Below are positions 10,872-23,029 of a stretch of 64,000 nt of DNA, piece after piece. The translations under genes were made by a program, and so were the position numbers. Origin of the DNA: Isurus oxyrinchus (Eukaryota); the NCBI GenBank assembly GCA_026770705.1, contig JANJGN010000121.1, positions 868,001 through 932,000 on the forward strand. Reading direction: 5' to 3'. The stretch's first letter is position 1, and every line of letters starts with the position of its first letter. Below the pieces are notes generated by a model. It was not told the origin of the DNA and did not search any database. It worked only from the letters and a program-made list of their open reading frames with translations.

Positions 10872-13558
10872 AACTCCAATCTCTGGTCTGAGCCTCTTCT
10901 CTCATCCAGTGTTCTCAATTCACATGTCTCGGAGTGAACGTGTATTAAGCTGAGAGACAGAAACACTACTGCCAAAGAGCAAGAAAATCTTTCCTGATCA
11001 TTGTAACCTCTCAGTTCTGATATCATCCTTGTAAAAGTGCTTTCTCTTGTGGGACTGTGATTTCTATTTGAACTGATGCTTCACGTTATATTTCTCTAAA
11101 AGGATCCATTCTCTGTCTGTTAGATTTCACAGATAAACCCACGATATTCCCTGCTGAAATTATTGCAGGAAAGCGTGTGGATGTAAGCTGCACCTTCAAC
11201 ACAACGTGCAATGGAACAGCAGCACCTGTCTTAACCTGGGACACTCCCACTGACGTACCTGGATCACTCTCAAACACTGTAACTCAGCATGGTGTCACTC
11301 TGACCTATACTTCTGTTCTGACCCTGATCCCATCACTCAAACACCACGGACACACTCTCAGCTGCAGAGTGAGATATCCATCTGTTTCATCGGAGCGGAC
11401 CCTCGTACTAACTGTGCAAGGTAATTACATACACCTTTCATGCTACATCAGCACTCCCTCAGCGCAGACCCTTTGACAGTGCAGCCCATTCTCTGTATCC
11501 ACATTCTAAGGCCTCTCTAAGTGCTTCAAAGTCGATAGAAGTTAATTGATCTTTATATGATTATTGCTGAATGAAGAGACAAGCTGTCTAAACTTTACAT
11601 CTCGCACACACCATTCTCCATGGCAACACCTCCACCTATCAGAGACCACTTGCCAACCAATCAGCACTCTCTTCCCATTAAGTATAAATTGTTGTTCACT
11701 TTCTGTTGGTAATCCTGTGAACGGGCTTCTTGATTCCTGCCATGACATCTGAATGTCCAAATGAACAGAACAAGTTCCAAAAATTAGCTGTGATTGGTGA
11801 TTCCTCACGTTACATCCAGGGACACTGGAGACTATCAGTGTGTGGCAGAGAATGAACATGGAGCAGTGGATGGGTTCATAACCATCACTGTGGAACTTGA
11901 GTTATAGAGACTTCAATATCTCTCTCAGATTTGAACACTACACAAACACCATCGAACATACACAACTAAATAGACACAAGCAGACACACATATATGACCA
12001 CACACAAAGACACACTCACACACAAACACTAACACTCACTCCCTCATGGGTTACCTGACCTCCCTCAGTACTGCACTGGAGAGTTGGCCTGAATTCTGGG
12101 ATTTGTGTTCCCATTCATATTTATGGAAGAATATGGAAATTACTATTACAGACACTCAGATGCATAGAGGCTCTCACAGATACTCTCTGCGTCTCCAACT
12201 CTCTCTCTCCCTTTAAGAAGCTTCCTGAAACCTAACCCTTTGACGAATCACCAACCCAACTCTTCCTTATCTGATTCTGTGTGATTTTCTTTGTGAATCT
12301 GAGAGTAAGAGAGAGTTGGAGAGGTTTAGGAAGAGAATTCCTGCTGGTGAAAAGCTTACATAGTGTTCTCACTATTTCCGTGCACATAATTCCCATTATG
12401 CCCCTGTTTGTAATGATGATTGCCTATGTAAACGTCACGCTGTAGTTACAGCCTCCCACCAGTGGTGGCATTGTAGCCCTTAATCCTTGTGTTTCCCAGC
12501 TTTCCCAGCAACTCTACTTCCCAATTTGCTACACAAGCTGTGAGTTCATCGGAATTCAATTATTTCACAAACGGTAGATTTGATGTCATTTTATTGAAAA
12601 CTTCCTCAGCGCCTCCCTGAAGGGTTTACACTCTCCGGGTGGCAGGAATAGGCTGGATGTTGGGGAGTTCATCTTTTCCCAGAGAGAAGGGATCCTCGGG
12701 AATGTGCTGTCAGTGGGTGTGGTGGTTGCTGTTTCTCTGTCACCTTCAAGAGGGATCTGGAGTGGTTACTGACTGGGGGAGAGATCATGGAAGCGGAGAA
12801 TGATACAGCACAGGAGGAGGCCATTCAGCCCATTGAGCCTGTGCCAGGTCTTTCAATGTTCTATCCCATCAGATCCACTAACCACCACTCCACTTTGCTC
12901 CCATCTTCCTCCTTCAAGTGTTTATCCAATTTCCCTTTTGAAAGTTCTTATTGAATCTGCTTCCACCTCCCTTTCAGGCAGCACCTTCCAGATCACAACA
13001 ACTCGCTCTGTCAAAACAAATTCTCCTCATCTCCCCCTCCGGTTCGTCAATCTGTGTCCCTCTGGTTACCGACCCTCCTGCCCCTTAAATACATCGATAC
13101 TGTTCACCTCAACCACTCCCTGTGGGAGCGAGTTCCACATTCTCCCCTCCCTCTGGGTAAAGATTGGAACTGTTTATTAAGTGGGGTGTGTAAGTCCGTG
13201 GGAGAGTCCATCTCGATCCTGCCTGATTCGCACACACGTCTGAGATGGATTTCCACCCTGCACTAAACGTTTCCAGAATTTTCTACAGCACAATCCTGTA
13301 CACAGCGATGGAGAGAAACATTGGACAGAGAGTCCAACAGCACAATGATCCATTCTCACCAATGTTCCACGCTAAGGGGAAAGTTCCGATTGTCCACTCT
13401 TAGAGTGTTTACAGTGAAAACATTCATTCCACATTGAATCCCAGTGGATGGGTCAATATTACAGCAAATGTTGCAGTGATATGAAGCTTGATTGTTCAGC
13501 CAGAGTGAGAGATTGAAAGCGGAGAGTCAGTGATGATTTCTTTCTGTGTGTTCTCTAG

Positions 13559-13698
13559 ACAGTGGAGGAGAGATTCTGCACGTGATCCTGATCCTGGGAA
13601 TACGAGCTGTGATATTCCTTGTGGCTGTGGTTATCATTATCGCTGGAGTCTGTGTCTGGGAGAGACAAACAGTGAAAGGACGTCGACAGACTGTTTAA
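13559..13698 (+). CDS. Unit B TM exon with Arg (activating type)
   Basis: AG at 13557-13558; xSGGEILHVILILGIRAVIFLVAVVIIIAGVCVWERQTVKGRRQTV* (TAA 13696-13698); near-identical to 861-1000. Confidence 0.8.
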
Positions 13699-13739
13699 AG
13701 CTTTGTACAGCAACAATCTCATCATGGAACAGAAGGACG

Positions 13740-14320
13740 GCATTTGGCCCATCGACTCCATGCTGTCTCTCTGTAAAGCAATCCAGTCAGTCCCATTCCC
13801 CCGCTCTATCCCCGTATCCATGCGAGTTTATTTCCCCTCAAGTGTCCATCCAATTTCCTTTTGAAATCGTTCATCGTCTCCGCTTCCACCATCCTCGTAG
13901 GCAGCGAGTTCCAGCTCATTACCACTCGCTGTGTAAAAAAGTTCCTCCTCAAATCCCCCCACTGCCCAAAACCTTCAATCTGTGTCCCCCAGTCCTTGTA
14001 CCATCAGCTAATGGCAACAGCTTCTCTTTGTCTGCCTTATCTAAACCCATCATCATCTTGTACACCTCGATCAGATCCCCCCTCAATCTCCTTTGCTCCA
14101 AGGAGAACAACCCCAGCTTCTCCAACCCAACCTTGTAGCTAAAATCCCTCATCCCTGGACCCATTCTGCTCAATCTCCTCCCCACCCTCTCAAGGACCCT
14201 CACTTCCTTCCCAAAGTGAGGAGACCAGAACTGGGCACAATACTCTAGTTGTGACCTAACCAGAGCTTTATAAATGTTCAGCATAACCTCCCTGTGTTTG
14301 TTCTCAATCCCTCGATTTAT
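13740..14320 (-). mobile_element. CR1-type LINE 3' fragment (duplicate of 1140-1720)
   Basis: ORF 13949..14374 is the CR1 ORF2 C-terminus; part of a segmental duplication offset by about 12.7 kb. Confidence 0.85.
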
Positions 14321-15039
14321 GTAAAGCTTATTCTTTCCATCAGCACAAACAGCAATTTCCAAGTGGACTCCCATCAGCAGACAGAGTGCAATGAAACATC
14401 GGCATGCCTGCTTCTTAATGTACGGAGAGAAACCTGGAACGAGAGATTCTCCTTCTTCTCCTCAGCAAGCTGAAACTTTTCCTTATACCTGGTGCTCCCC
14501 AGTCCTGCTGTGTGGACACATCATAACCACGGCATTGTCTGGCTGTGTGCAGCCAACATGGTCAAATAGGAATGAACAGAAATGTGACGTTGCTAAACTC
14601 TGTTCTCTGATTGGAATGTGCTTTCTGAATGCTGCACCTTTTTCACGCTGCGATAGATTGTAAGAAGCATTTGGGTTATGAATAAAATTACATTGATTTA
14701 CTCAAGTGGTTAAAATGTTCAGCCTGTTCTGTAAATATTTATCGATTAAAATTCTTATTTTGCTGCCAAATTCTTGCCTCAAAGACAAAGCTTCTTGTTG
14801 TCACATTTTCTCTATCATATGAATTCCTGTGCCCATCTTTATAATAGAAATTTCCAATGTAAACATGTCACATTGTAGTTGCACACTCCTGTCAGTGGTG
14901 GTGCCATTCCAAAGCTGTCTTGCTGCACAGACACAGTGAGAATTATTCTTGACGTGTACATGATGTTGTTGTTACACAGACATCAGGCGGAATCTTGGGC
15001 AGTGCCTAGAATGCACTTAGGACAGCGCAGACCACACTC

Positions 15040-16860
15040 AGAACTGACAGTGCAGCGTTTCCTCAGTGCTGACCCTCCGTCAGTGCAGCGCTCCCTCATT
15101 ACTGTCTCTCTGACAGTGCTGCACTACCTCATTATTGACCCTTTTCAAGTGCTTCACCCCGTCAGCATTGACCTTCTGACCGTGCAGGATTCCCTCATGG
15201 CTGACAATCTGACAGTGCAACACTCCCTGAATATTGACCCTCTGATACTGTAACCCTCCATCACTAATGACTTTCCAACAGTTCAGCACTCCCTCGGTTC
15301 AGACCCTCTGACAGGGCAGCATTCCCTCAGTATTCAAACTCCCACTATGCAGCTGTCCCTCAGTATTCTCACCCCCACAGTGCAGCACTCCCTCAGTACT
15401 CTCCCTCCCACAGTGCAGTACTCCCTCAGTACTCACCCTCCCAAAGTACAGCACTCCCTCAGTACTCACCCTCCCACAGTGCAGCACACCCTCAGTACTC
15501 ACTCTCCCACAGTGCAGCACACCCTCAGTACTCACCCTCCCACAGTGCAGCACTCCATCAGTACTCACCCTCCCAAAGTGCAGCACTCCCTCAGTACTCA
15601 CCCTCCCACAGTGCAGCACACCCTTAGTACTCACCCTCCCACAGTGCAGCACTCCATCAGTACTCACCCTCCCAAAGTGCAGCACTCCCTCAGTACTCAC
15701 CCTCCCACAGTGCAGCACATCCTCAGTACTCACCCTCCCACAGTGCAGCACTCCATCAGTACTCACCCTGCCACAGTGCAGCACTCCCTCAGTACTCCCC
15801 CTCCCACAGTGCAGCACACCCTCAGTACTCACCCTCCCACAGTGCAGCACACCCTCAGTACACACCCTCCCACAGTGCAGCACTCCCTCAGTACTCACCC
15901 TCCCACAGTGCAGAACTCCATCAGTACTCCCCCTCCCGCAGTGCAGCACTCCCTCAGTACTCACCCTCCCACAGTGCAGCACACTCTCAGTAGTCACTCT
16001 CCCGAAGTGCTGTGCGAGTTGTTTAAATCAAGACTGATGCCCAAATAGGGAGGTTTCAATGCTAAATCATTGAAATCCGTGAAAATTATTTTTAGGCTGA
16101 GGGGAACAAGACTTAGTTCCTCATATCCTTTCTTTAGCAATAACACACAGTACAAGAATCTCTGTTTAAATAAATTCCAGTTAAACTTTGCCATGAAAGG
16201 ATATCTCCTCACACTCCGCTCTACCTCAGTACTAACCCTCCCACAGTCCGGCACCCCCTCAATACTGACCCTCCGACTGTGCAAATCTCACTCAGTACAG
16301 ACCCGCCGACAGTTCAGCACTCCCTCATTACTGACCCTCTGACAGTGCAGCACTCCCACATTACTGTCCCTCTGACAGTGCAGCACTCCCACATTACTGA
16401 CCTTCTGACAGTGCAGCACTCCCACATTACTGACCTTCTGACAGTGCAGCACTCCCTCAGTACTGATCCTCCGACATTGCAGCATTCCTTCACTACTGGC
16501 CCTCTGACAGTGCAGCACCCCCACATTACTGACCCTCTGATAGTGCAGCAGACCCTCAGTACTGACCCCACTAACAGTGCAGCACTCGCTCAGTACTGAC
16601 CTTCCCACAGTGCAGCACTCCCTCAGTACTATACTCCTGACAGTGAAGCACTCCCTTATTAATGACCCTCTTCCAGTGCAGCACTCCCACATTACTGACC
16701 CTCTGACAGTGCAGCACTCCCACATAACTGTCCCTCTGACAGTGCAGCACTCCCTCAGTACTGACCCTCCGACATTGCAGCAATCCTTCACTACTGGCCC
16801 TCTGACAGTGCAGCAATCCCACATTACTGACCTTCTGACAGTGCAGCACTCCTTCAGTAA
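15040..16860 (+). repeat. Two arrays of the 33-bp minisatellite (~15040-15995 and ~16230-16860)
   Basis: Direct tandem repeats with array-specific variants (CAGTACTCACCCTCCCA; CACATTACTGACC). Confidence 0.95.
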
Positions 16861-17080
16861 TGATATCAGGGATTGTCAATATGTATCATACGGCCAGAGA
16901 CCTGTATTGGGAAGTCTATCGCCTGCGCTTCAGCTCTGAGATGAGGGGGAGGGGTCTAATCCCACGGAGCCAATGGAGAAGCTTGATGACTACAGCTGCC
17001 CAAATATGAGCTGACAGATCATCACATGGTAAACGTTTTGCTGAGAGCACAAAACATCCTCGATCTTCTCACTGATTACC

Positions 17081-17221
17081 CACTTCCCCATTTTGTCTCC
17101 CAGAGACACATCCACCCTTTCTAATTAAACACACAGAGGGAGCAGCACAGGAAGAGGTCATTCAGCCCAAGCAGAGCGTGTGGGCAGTTCCTCCCCAGGC
17201 GAGCAGTCGGACAGGTCCTGG
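17081..17221 (+). promoter_or_regulatory. Unit C putative core promoter and 5' non-coding exon
   Basis: Conserved block starting CACTTCCCC; donor GTAAGT at 17222. Confidence 0.55.
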
Positions 17222-17671
17222 GTAAGTAACGGAACGATTGGAATTCACTTCCACCACCAACACCGTCCTTTGTTGATGTTGTGACTTTATAAAGACAGAT
17301 TCCAATGATTGATGCCTTTGAAAGATTTCTACTGATTATTGAGATCTGGGTGTGAGACTCAAGTCTGTCGTACAGAACATCTTTCTAGCTCAAGGGATGA
17401 GGGAAGTGGAGAGACATGAGCTTTGGGACATCCTGAGGTGGTGAAAGGTGCTATGGAAATGCAAGTCCTTCATTGTTTTTCCTTCTTAAAGCCTTGTAAC
17501 TCTCTGCAGAACACCTATCATCCCACAGAGAATCAAACTATTCTGTGAAGACATTGTCTAAAAGCAGATCTGATCTCTCGAGAGCTGTTGGACAAGAGGT
17601 GAGGTCTCATTAACTCCTTTCTCTTTCAGAACTTCAGAGTTAGAAGCTGAGGAAATATCTGGGAGTGGACA

Positions 17672-17711
17672 ATGATCGGTAAATCTTATTTCCTCCTGTC
17701 TCTTCTCCAAG
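17672..17711 (+). CDS. Unit C leader exon (signal peptide MIGKSYFLLSLLQ)
   Basis: ATG at 17672, 40 nt, phase-1 GT donor; continues in frame into VGLSQEW. Confidence 0.8.
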
Positions 17712-18571
17712 GTAATATCATCGTCAGCTTGGACAGATTTATGGTTAATAGCCTTTGTAAAAGATCATTCTTATTGAGCTGTGATTGGGAACCGATTCAG
17801 CAGTGAGACAGTGTACAAACTCACACCAAGTCCCATTCACCCATCACCCCTAAACTATCTGACTCCTGGTCCTACAACATCTCAAACTTAAAATTCACAT
17901 CTCTTTGTTCAAATGCATCCATTGCCTCACACTGCCTCCTTATCTCTGTAACCTCCTGCAACTCTCCCAACCAACGTCCCAGATCTCTGTGTTACTCCAA
18001 TTCCGGCCTCTTGACCATCCCTCGATTCCCATCACTCCAATACTGGCGGCCGGGCCTTCAGCTGCCTGGGGCCTGAGCTCTGGAATTCACTCCCTAAACC
18101 TCGGGATGTAGGAGATCAGAGGGTTTCATTTTACTGCAAATCACCACGACTACATCACAGCTGCAGTGAGAATAGACAGAGAGTCCAGCCCTCACACTTC
18201 CTGCACAGTTTCACCATAGCAACCTAATAAGGAAGTAAAATAACTGAAAGTTAATCCAAAGACAAACCAGTCAGTTTAGAGAGATGAGATGTTTACACAG
18301 TTTCCCTGTGTGTCTTGTAGACACTGTGTTGGGTGGAAGACTGGCTTCACTAAACAGTGTCCTGAGGACCATGAGCCAATGTAGAATGAAGTTGTCCACT
18401 CCTGTGTCCAGGATTCTCTTCCATCCATTGTGAAACCTTGGGGAGTTCCATGTGTGTCCTGTAGATGGTCCACACTGCAGCCACTGTGCCCCAGTGATGG
18501 AGGGGGTGGATATCGAGTCTAGTGGATCTACAAACCATCCAGAGTTAAATATTTGATATTTCTCTCCCCAG

Positions 18572-18940
18572 TTGGACTGTCACAAGAGTGGAAAGGTGAC
18601 ACTCCACGAGAGGTGACAGCGCAGGAAGGTTCGTGTGTACAGATTCCATGTCATTACAGTTATCCAGCACATTTGGAAAATCAACCACGAGGTGGAGTCT
18701 GGTTTAATAATGAGACACAGATTCCCTGGGCTCCCATAGCCTTTCACTCCAAGGATCACAGTCACGAGTTACCACGGTTCCGCCATCGGACCCGGCTGTC
18801 TGGAGACCTGAAAGATGGCGACTGTTCCCTGATTATAAACAACATCACACGGGAAGATGCAGGACCTTATTTTTTCAGAATAGAATTTGACAATGGTCCG
18901 AGACATAACTATTACCCTGTAACCCAGCTTCACGTTTCTG
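18572..18940 (+). CDS. Unit C Siglec-type V-set exon (intact)
   Basis: 369 nt, AG/GT, phase 1-1. AQEGSCVQIPC...GDLKDGDCSLII...EDAGPYFFRIE matches the Siglec V-set cysteine pattern and essential Arg. Confidence 0.9.
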
Positions 18941-19799
18941 GTAAGTGCTGTGTTATAATTACTCAACAATTCACATACAACACTCAATGGGAAATAACAC
19001 AAACTGTGACGTTTACATATTAACACAAAACACAACTTATTTTAACACATTGTCTGATTCTCTATAACCTGGTGATGGCTTCCAGTTCAGTCCTAAAGCA
19101 ACGTCTAATACTCACTTTAATATCAATGATGAAAAGCATTAACTGTATTATCAGGTTATCCACTCCCATCAATCTCTCCTGTCCTGTTTAAAAGTCTGAC
19201 GTATCGATAAAAGAAAGATGTGCATTTCTGCAGCGCAATTTACCACCTCAGGAGGATCCAAATCCCTCCACAGCCAATGAAATTATTCCTGAATTGTAGT
19301 CACAGATGTTAAACACAGCAGGCAGTTTGTGCACAGCAAGATCCAACAAACCATAATGTAATAAATCACCCAGATCACTGAGGAAATGAGAAGCCAGTGA
19401 ACTCAAACCTCTGGTCTGATGAAGAGTCATACAGACTCAAAACGTTAACCCTGTCTTCCTCTCCACTGATACTGTCAGACCTGCTGAATCTTTCCAGCGA
19501 TTTTTGTTTTTGTTTCAGATTTCCAGCATCCACAGTATTCTGCTTTTAACTCCAATCTCTGGTCTGAGCCTCTTCTCTCATCCAGTGTTCTCAATTCACA
19601 TGTTTCGGAGTGAACGTGTATTAAGCTGAGAGACAGAAACACTACTGCCAAAGAGCAAGAAAATCTTTCCTGATCATTGTAACCTCTCAGTTCTGATATC
19701 ATCCTTGTAAAAGTGCTTTCTCTTGTGGGACTGTGATTTCTATTTGAACTGATGCTTCACGTTATATTTCTCTAAAAGGATCCATTCTCTGTCTGTTAG

Positions 19800-20096
19800 A
19801 TTTCACAGATAAACCCACGATATTCCCTGCTGAAATTATTGCAGGAAAGCGTGTGGATGTAAGCTGCACCTTCAACACAACGTGCAATGGAACAGCAGCA
19901 CCTGTCTTAACCTGGGACACTCCCAATGACGTACCTGGATCAGTCTTAAACACTGTAACTCAGCATGGTGTCACTCTGACCTATACTTCTGTTCTGACCC
20001 TGATCCCATCACTCAAACACCACGGACACAATCTCAGCTGCAGAGTGAGATATCCATCTGTTTCATCGGAGCGGACCCTCGTACTAACTGTGGAAG
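19800..20096 (+). CDS. Unit C C2a exon (Siglec domain-2-like C2-set)
   Basis: 297 nt; DFTDKPTIFPAEIIAGKRVDVSCTFNTTCNGTAAPVLTW...LSCRV, with the extra Cys after the B-strand Cys. Confidence 0.9.
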
Positions 20097-20420
20097 GTAA
20101 TTACATACACCTTTCATGCTACATCAGCACTCCCTCAGCGCAGACCCTCTGACAGTGCAGCCCATTCTCAGTATCCACATTCTAAGGCCTCTCTAAGTGC
20201 TTCAAAGTCGATAGAAGTTAATTGATCTTTATATGATTATTGCTGAATGAAGAGACAAGCTGTCTAAACTTTACATCTCGCACACACCATTCTCCATGGC
20301 AACACCTCCACCTATCAGAGACCACTTGCCAACCAATCAGCACTCTCTTCCCATTAAGTATAAATTGTTGTTCACTTTCTGTTGGTAATCCTGTGAACGG
20401 GCTTCTTGATTCCTGCCATG

Positions 20421-20572
20421 ACATCTGAATGTCCAAATGAACAGAACAAGTTCCAACAATGAGCTGTGGTTGGTGATTCCTCATGTTACATCCAGGGACA
20501 CTGGAGACTATCAGTGTGTGGCAGAGAATGAACATGGAGCAGTGGATGGGTTCATAACCATCACTGTGGAAC
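20421..20572 (+). pseudogene. Unit C truncated C2b exon remnant
   Basis: 3' half (MNRTSSNNELWL...ITVE|GT) present; acceptor and 5' half replaced by the same ~180-bp insert as in unit B. Confidence 0.75.
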
Positions 20573-23029
20573 GTGAGTTACACAGACTTCAACAACTCTC
20601 TCAGATTCGAACACGACACAAACACCATCGAACATACACACCTAAATAGACACGTGCAGACACACATATATGACCACACACAAAGACACACTCACACACA
20701 AACAATAACACTCACTCCCTCATAGGTTACCTGACCTCCCTCAGTACTGCACTGGAGAGTTGGCCTGAATTCTGGGATTTGTGTTCCCATTCATATTTAT
20801 GGAAGAATATGGAAATTACTATTACAGACACTCAGATGCATAGAGACACTCACAGATACTCTCTGCGTCTCCAACTCTCTCTCTCCCTTTAAGAAGCTTC
20901 CTGAAACCTAACCCTTTGACGAATCACCAACCTAATTCTTCCTTATCTGATTCTGTGTGATTTTCTTTGTGTATCTGAGAGTAAGAGAGAGTTGGAGAGG
21001 TTTAGGAAGAGAATTCCTGCTGGTGAAAAGCTTACATAATGTTCTCACTATTTCCGTGCACATAATTCCCATTATGTCCACTGCCCCTGTTTGTAATGAT
21101 GATTGCCTATGTAAACGTCACGCTGTAGTTACAGCCTCCCACCAGTGGTGGCATTGTAGCCCTTAATCCTTGTGTTTCCCAGCTTTCCCAGCAACTCTAC
21201 TTCCCAGTTTGCTCCACAAGCTGTGAGTTCATTAGAATTCAATTATTTCTCAAACGGTAGATTTGATGTCATTTTATTGAAAACTTCCTCAGCGCCTCCC
21301 TGAAGGGTTTACACTCTCCGGGAAGCAGGAATAGGCTGGATGTTGGGGAGTTCATCTTTTCCCAGAGAGTAGTGATCCTCGGGAATGTGCTGTCAGTGGG
21401 TGTGGTGGTTGCTGTCTCTCTGTCACCTTCAAGAGGGATCTGGAGTGGTTACTGACTGGGGGAGAGATCATGGAAGCGGAGAATGATACAGCACAGGAGG
21501 AGGCCATTCAGCCCATTGAGACTGTGCCAGGTCTTTCAATGTTCTATCCCATCAGATCCACTAACCACCACTCCACTTTGCCCCCATCTTCCTCCTTCAA
21601 GTGTTTATCCAATTTCCCTTTTGAAAGTTCTTATTGAATCTGCTTCCACCGCCATTTCAGGCAGAACCTTCCAGATCACAACAACTCACTCTGTCAAAAC
21701 AAATTCTCCTCATCTCCCCCTCCAGTTCGTCAATCTGTGTCCCTCTGGTTACCGACCCTCCTGCCCCTTAAATACATCGATACTGTTCACCTCAACCACT
21801 CCCAGTGGGAGCGAGTTCCACATTCTCCCCTCTCTCTGGGTAAAGATTGGAACTGTTTAGTAAGCGGGGGGTGTAAGTCCGTGGGGGAGTCCATCTCAAT
21901 CCTGCCCGATTGAGCCAGTGAGCCAGTGTACAATCTCACACCAAGTCCCATTCACCCATCACCCCTGTGCTCACTGATATACACTGACTCCCTGTCTGAC
22001 AGCAGAATTGGAGGAGAGCAGAGATCTCAGAGGGTTTTAGGGTTGGAGGAGGTTACAGGGATCGGGAGTGAAGAGGGGGGATGGTGGGGTAAGAAATCAA
22101 TGATGAGAATTTGAAATTTGAGTCATTGCTGGACTGGGAGTCAGTGTAGTTCAGCCAGTGACAGGGCAGCGATCGGCTGAATAGAAAATCAGGGATAAAA
22201 ACTGGGGGATGAAGTCTATCCTGATGCTGGGACTCGGATAACAATGCCCTGAAATTTTGTGTCTTTTGCTGATTTTAGTCAGAATTTCCCATGAAGACAA
22301 CACAGCAGCTCCTAGAATAGACAGGCTGTTCAGTGTCACTCTTCCTGTCCATTCTCACCATGCTAGATACTTCAATAAGGGAGCAAGATAACTGAAAGAG
22401 AGAAGGAAGGTAAAGCTGTCTGTGTGTAAAACTGTCAAATATTCTGAGTTCTCATGAGTGTCTCTGATCTGCTGCAGAGTTTAAATTTCACAGAATCTGA
22501 GCACTTTGCAGCTCAGAGAGAGACCATTGACTCACTGCCTGAAAGGGCGGTGGAAGCAGATTCAACAGGAACTTTCAGAAGGGGAACTGGATAAATACTT
22601 GAAGGGGACATTTTGCAGGGCTGTGGAGGAGAGAGCAGAGGTGAGAGTGGGACTAATTGGACAGATCTTTCAAAAGCCCAGCACAGGCTCAATGAGCCAA
22701 ATGGCTTCCTTTTGTTCCCGATCATTCGACAATCTGATAAATTAAGCCCCACATCAATAACTCTTAAGGCTCCAGCTGCAGGGATGGATCTTTGAGAAGG
22801 ACAGGGAACAAGAGGTTTCTGGTATCATTTTCAATTTTATTGACAATTACATAACAGTATAGATTTGTTGAATATTTGAGTCTCTAAAGAGTAGAGGTAA
22901 TCTGCACTTACGCCCAGATCTTGTGGTAGTAACCTTGTCTGGAGGTGTCTTTAAATGCTCACAGTGATCTGTGGGATTGTCATTCTTGGATGTTCTCCCT
23001 GGTTCCAATTGGCATTTTGCCCTTGATGC

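Larger units (their letters stand above)
8998..13698 (+). pseudogene. Unit B activating-type Siglec-like gene, frameshifted: leader 8998-9037, V 9898-10265, C2a 11124-11420, C2b remnant ~11745-11897, TM(Arg) 13559-13698
   Basis: Leader MIGKSYFLLSLLQ is intact. V exon is 368 nt versus 369 (GGTCGAGC vs GGTCCGAGC near 10224), giving a stop at 10247. C2b lacks its 5' half and its donor is mutated (GAACTTGAG). The TM exon is intact. Confidence 0.8.
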
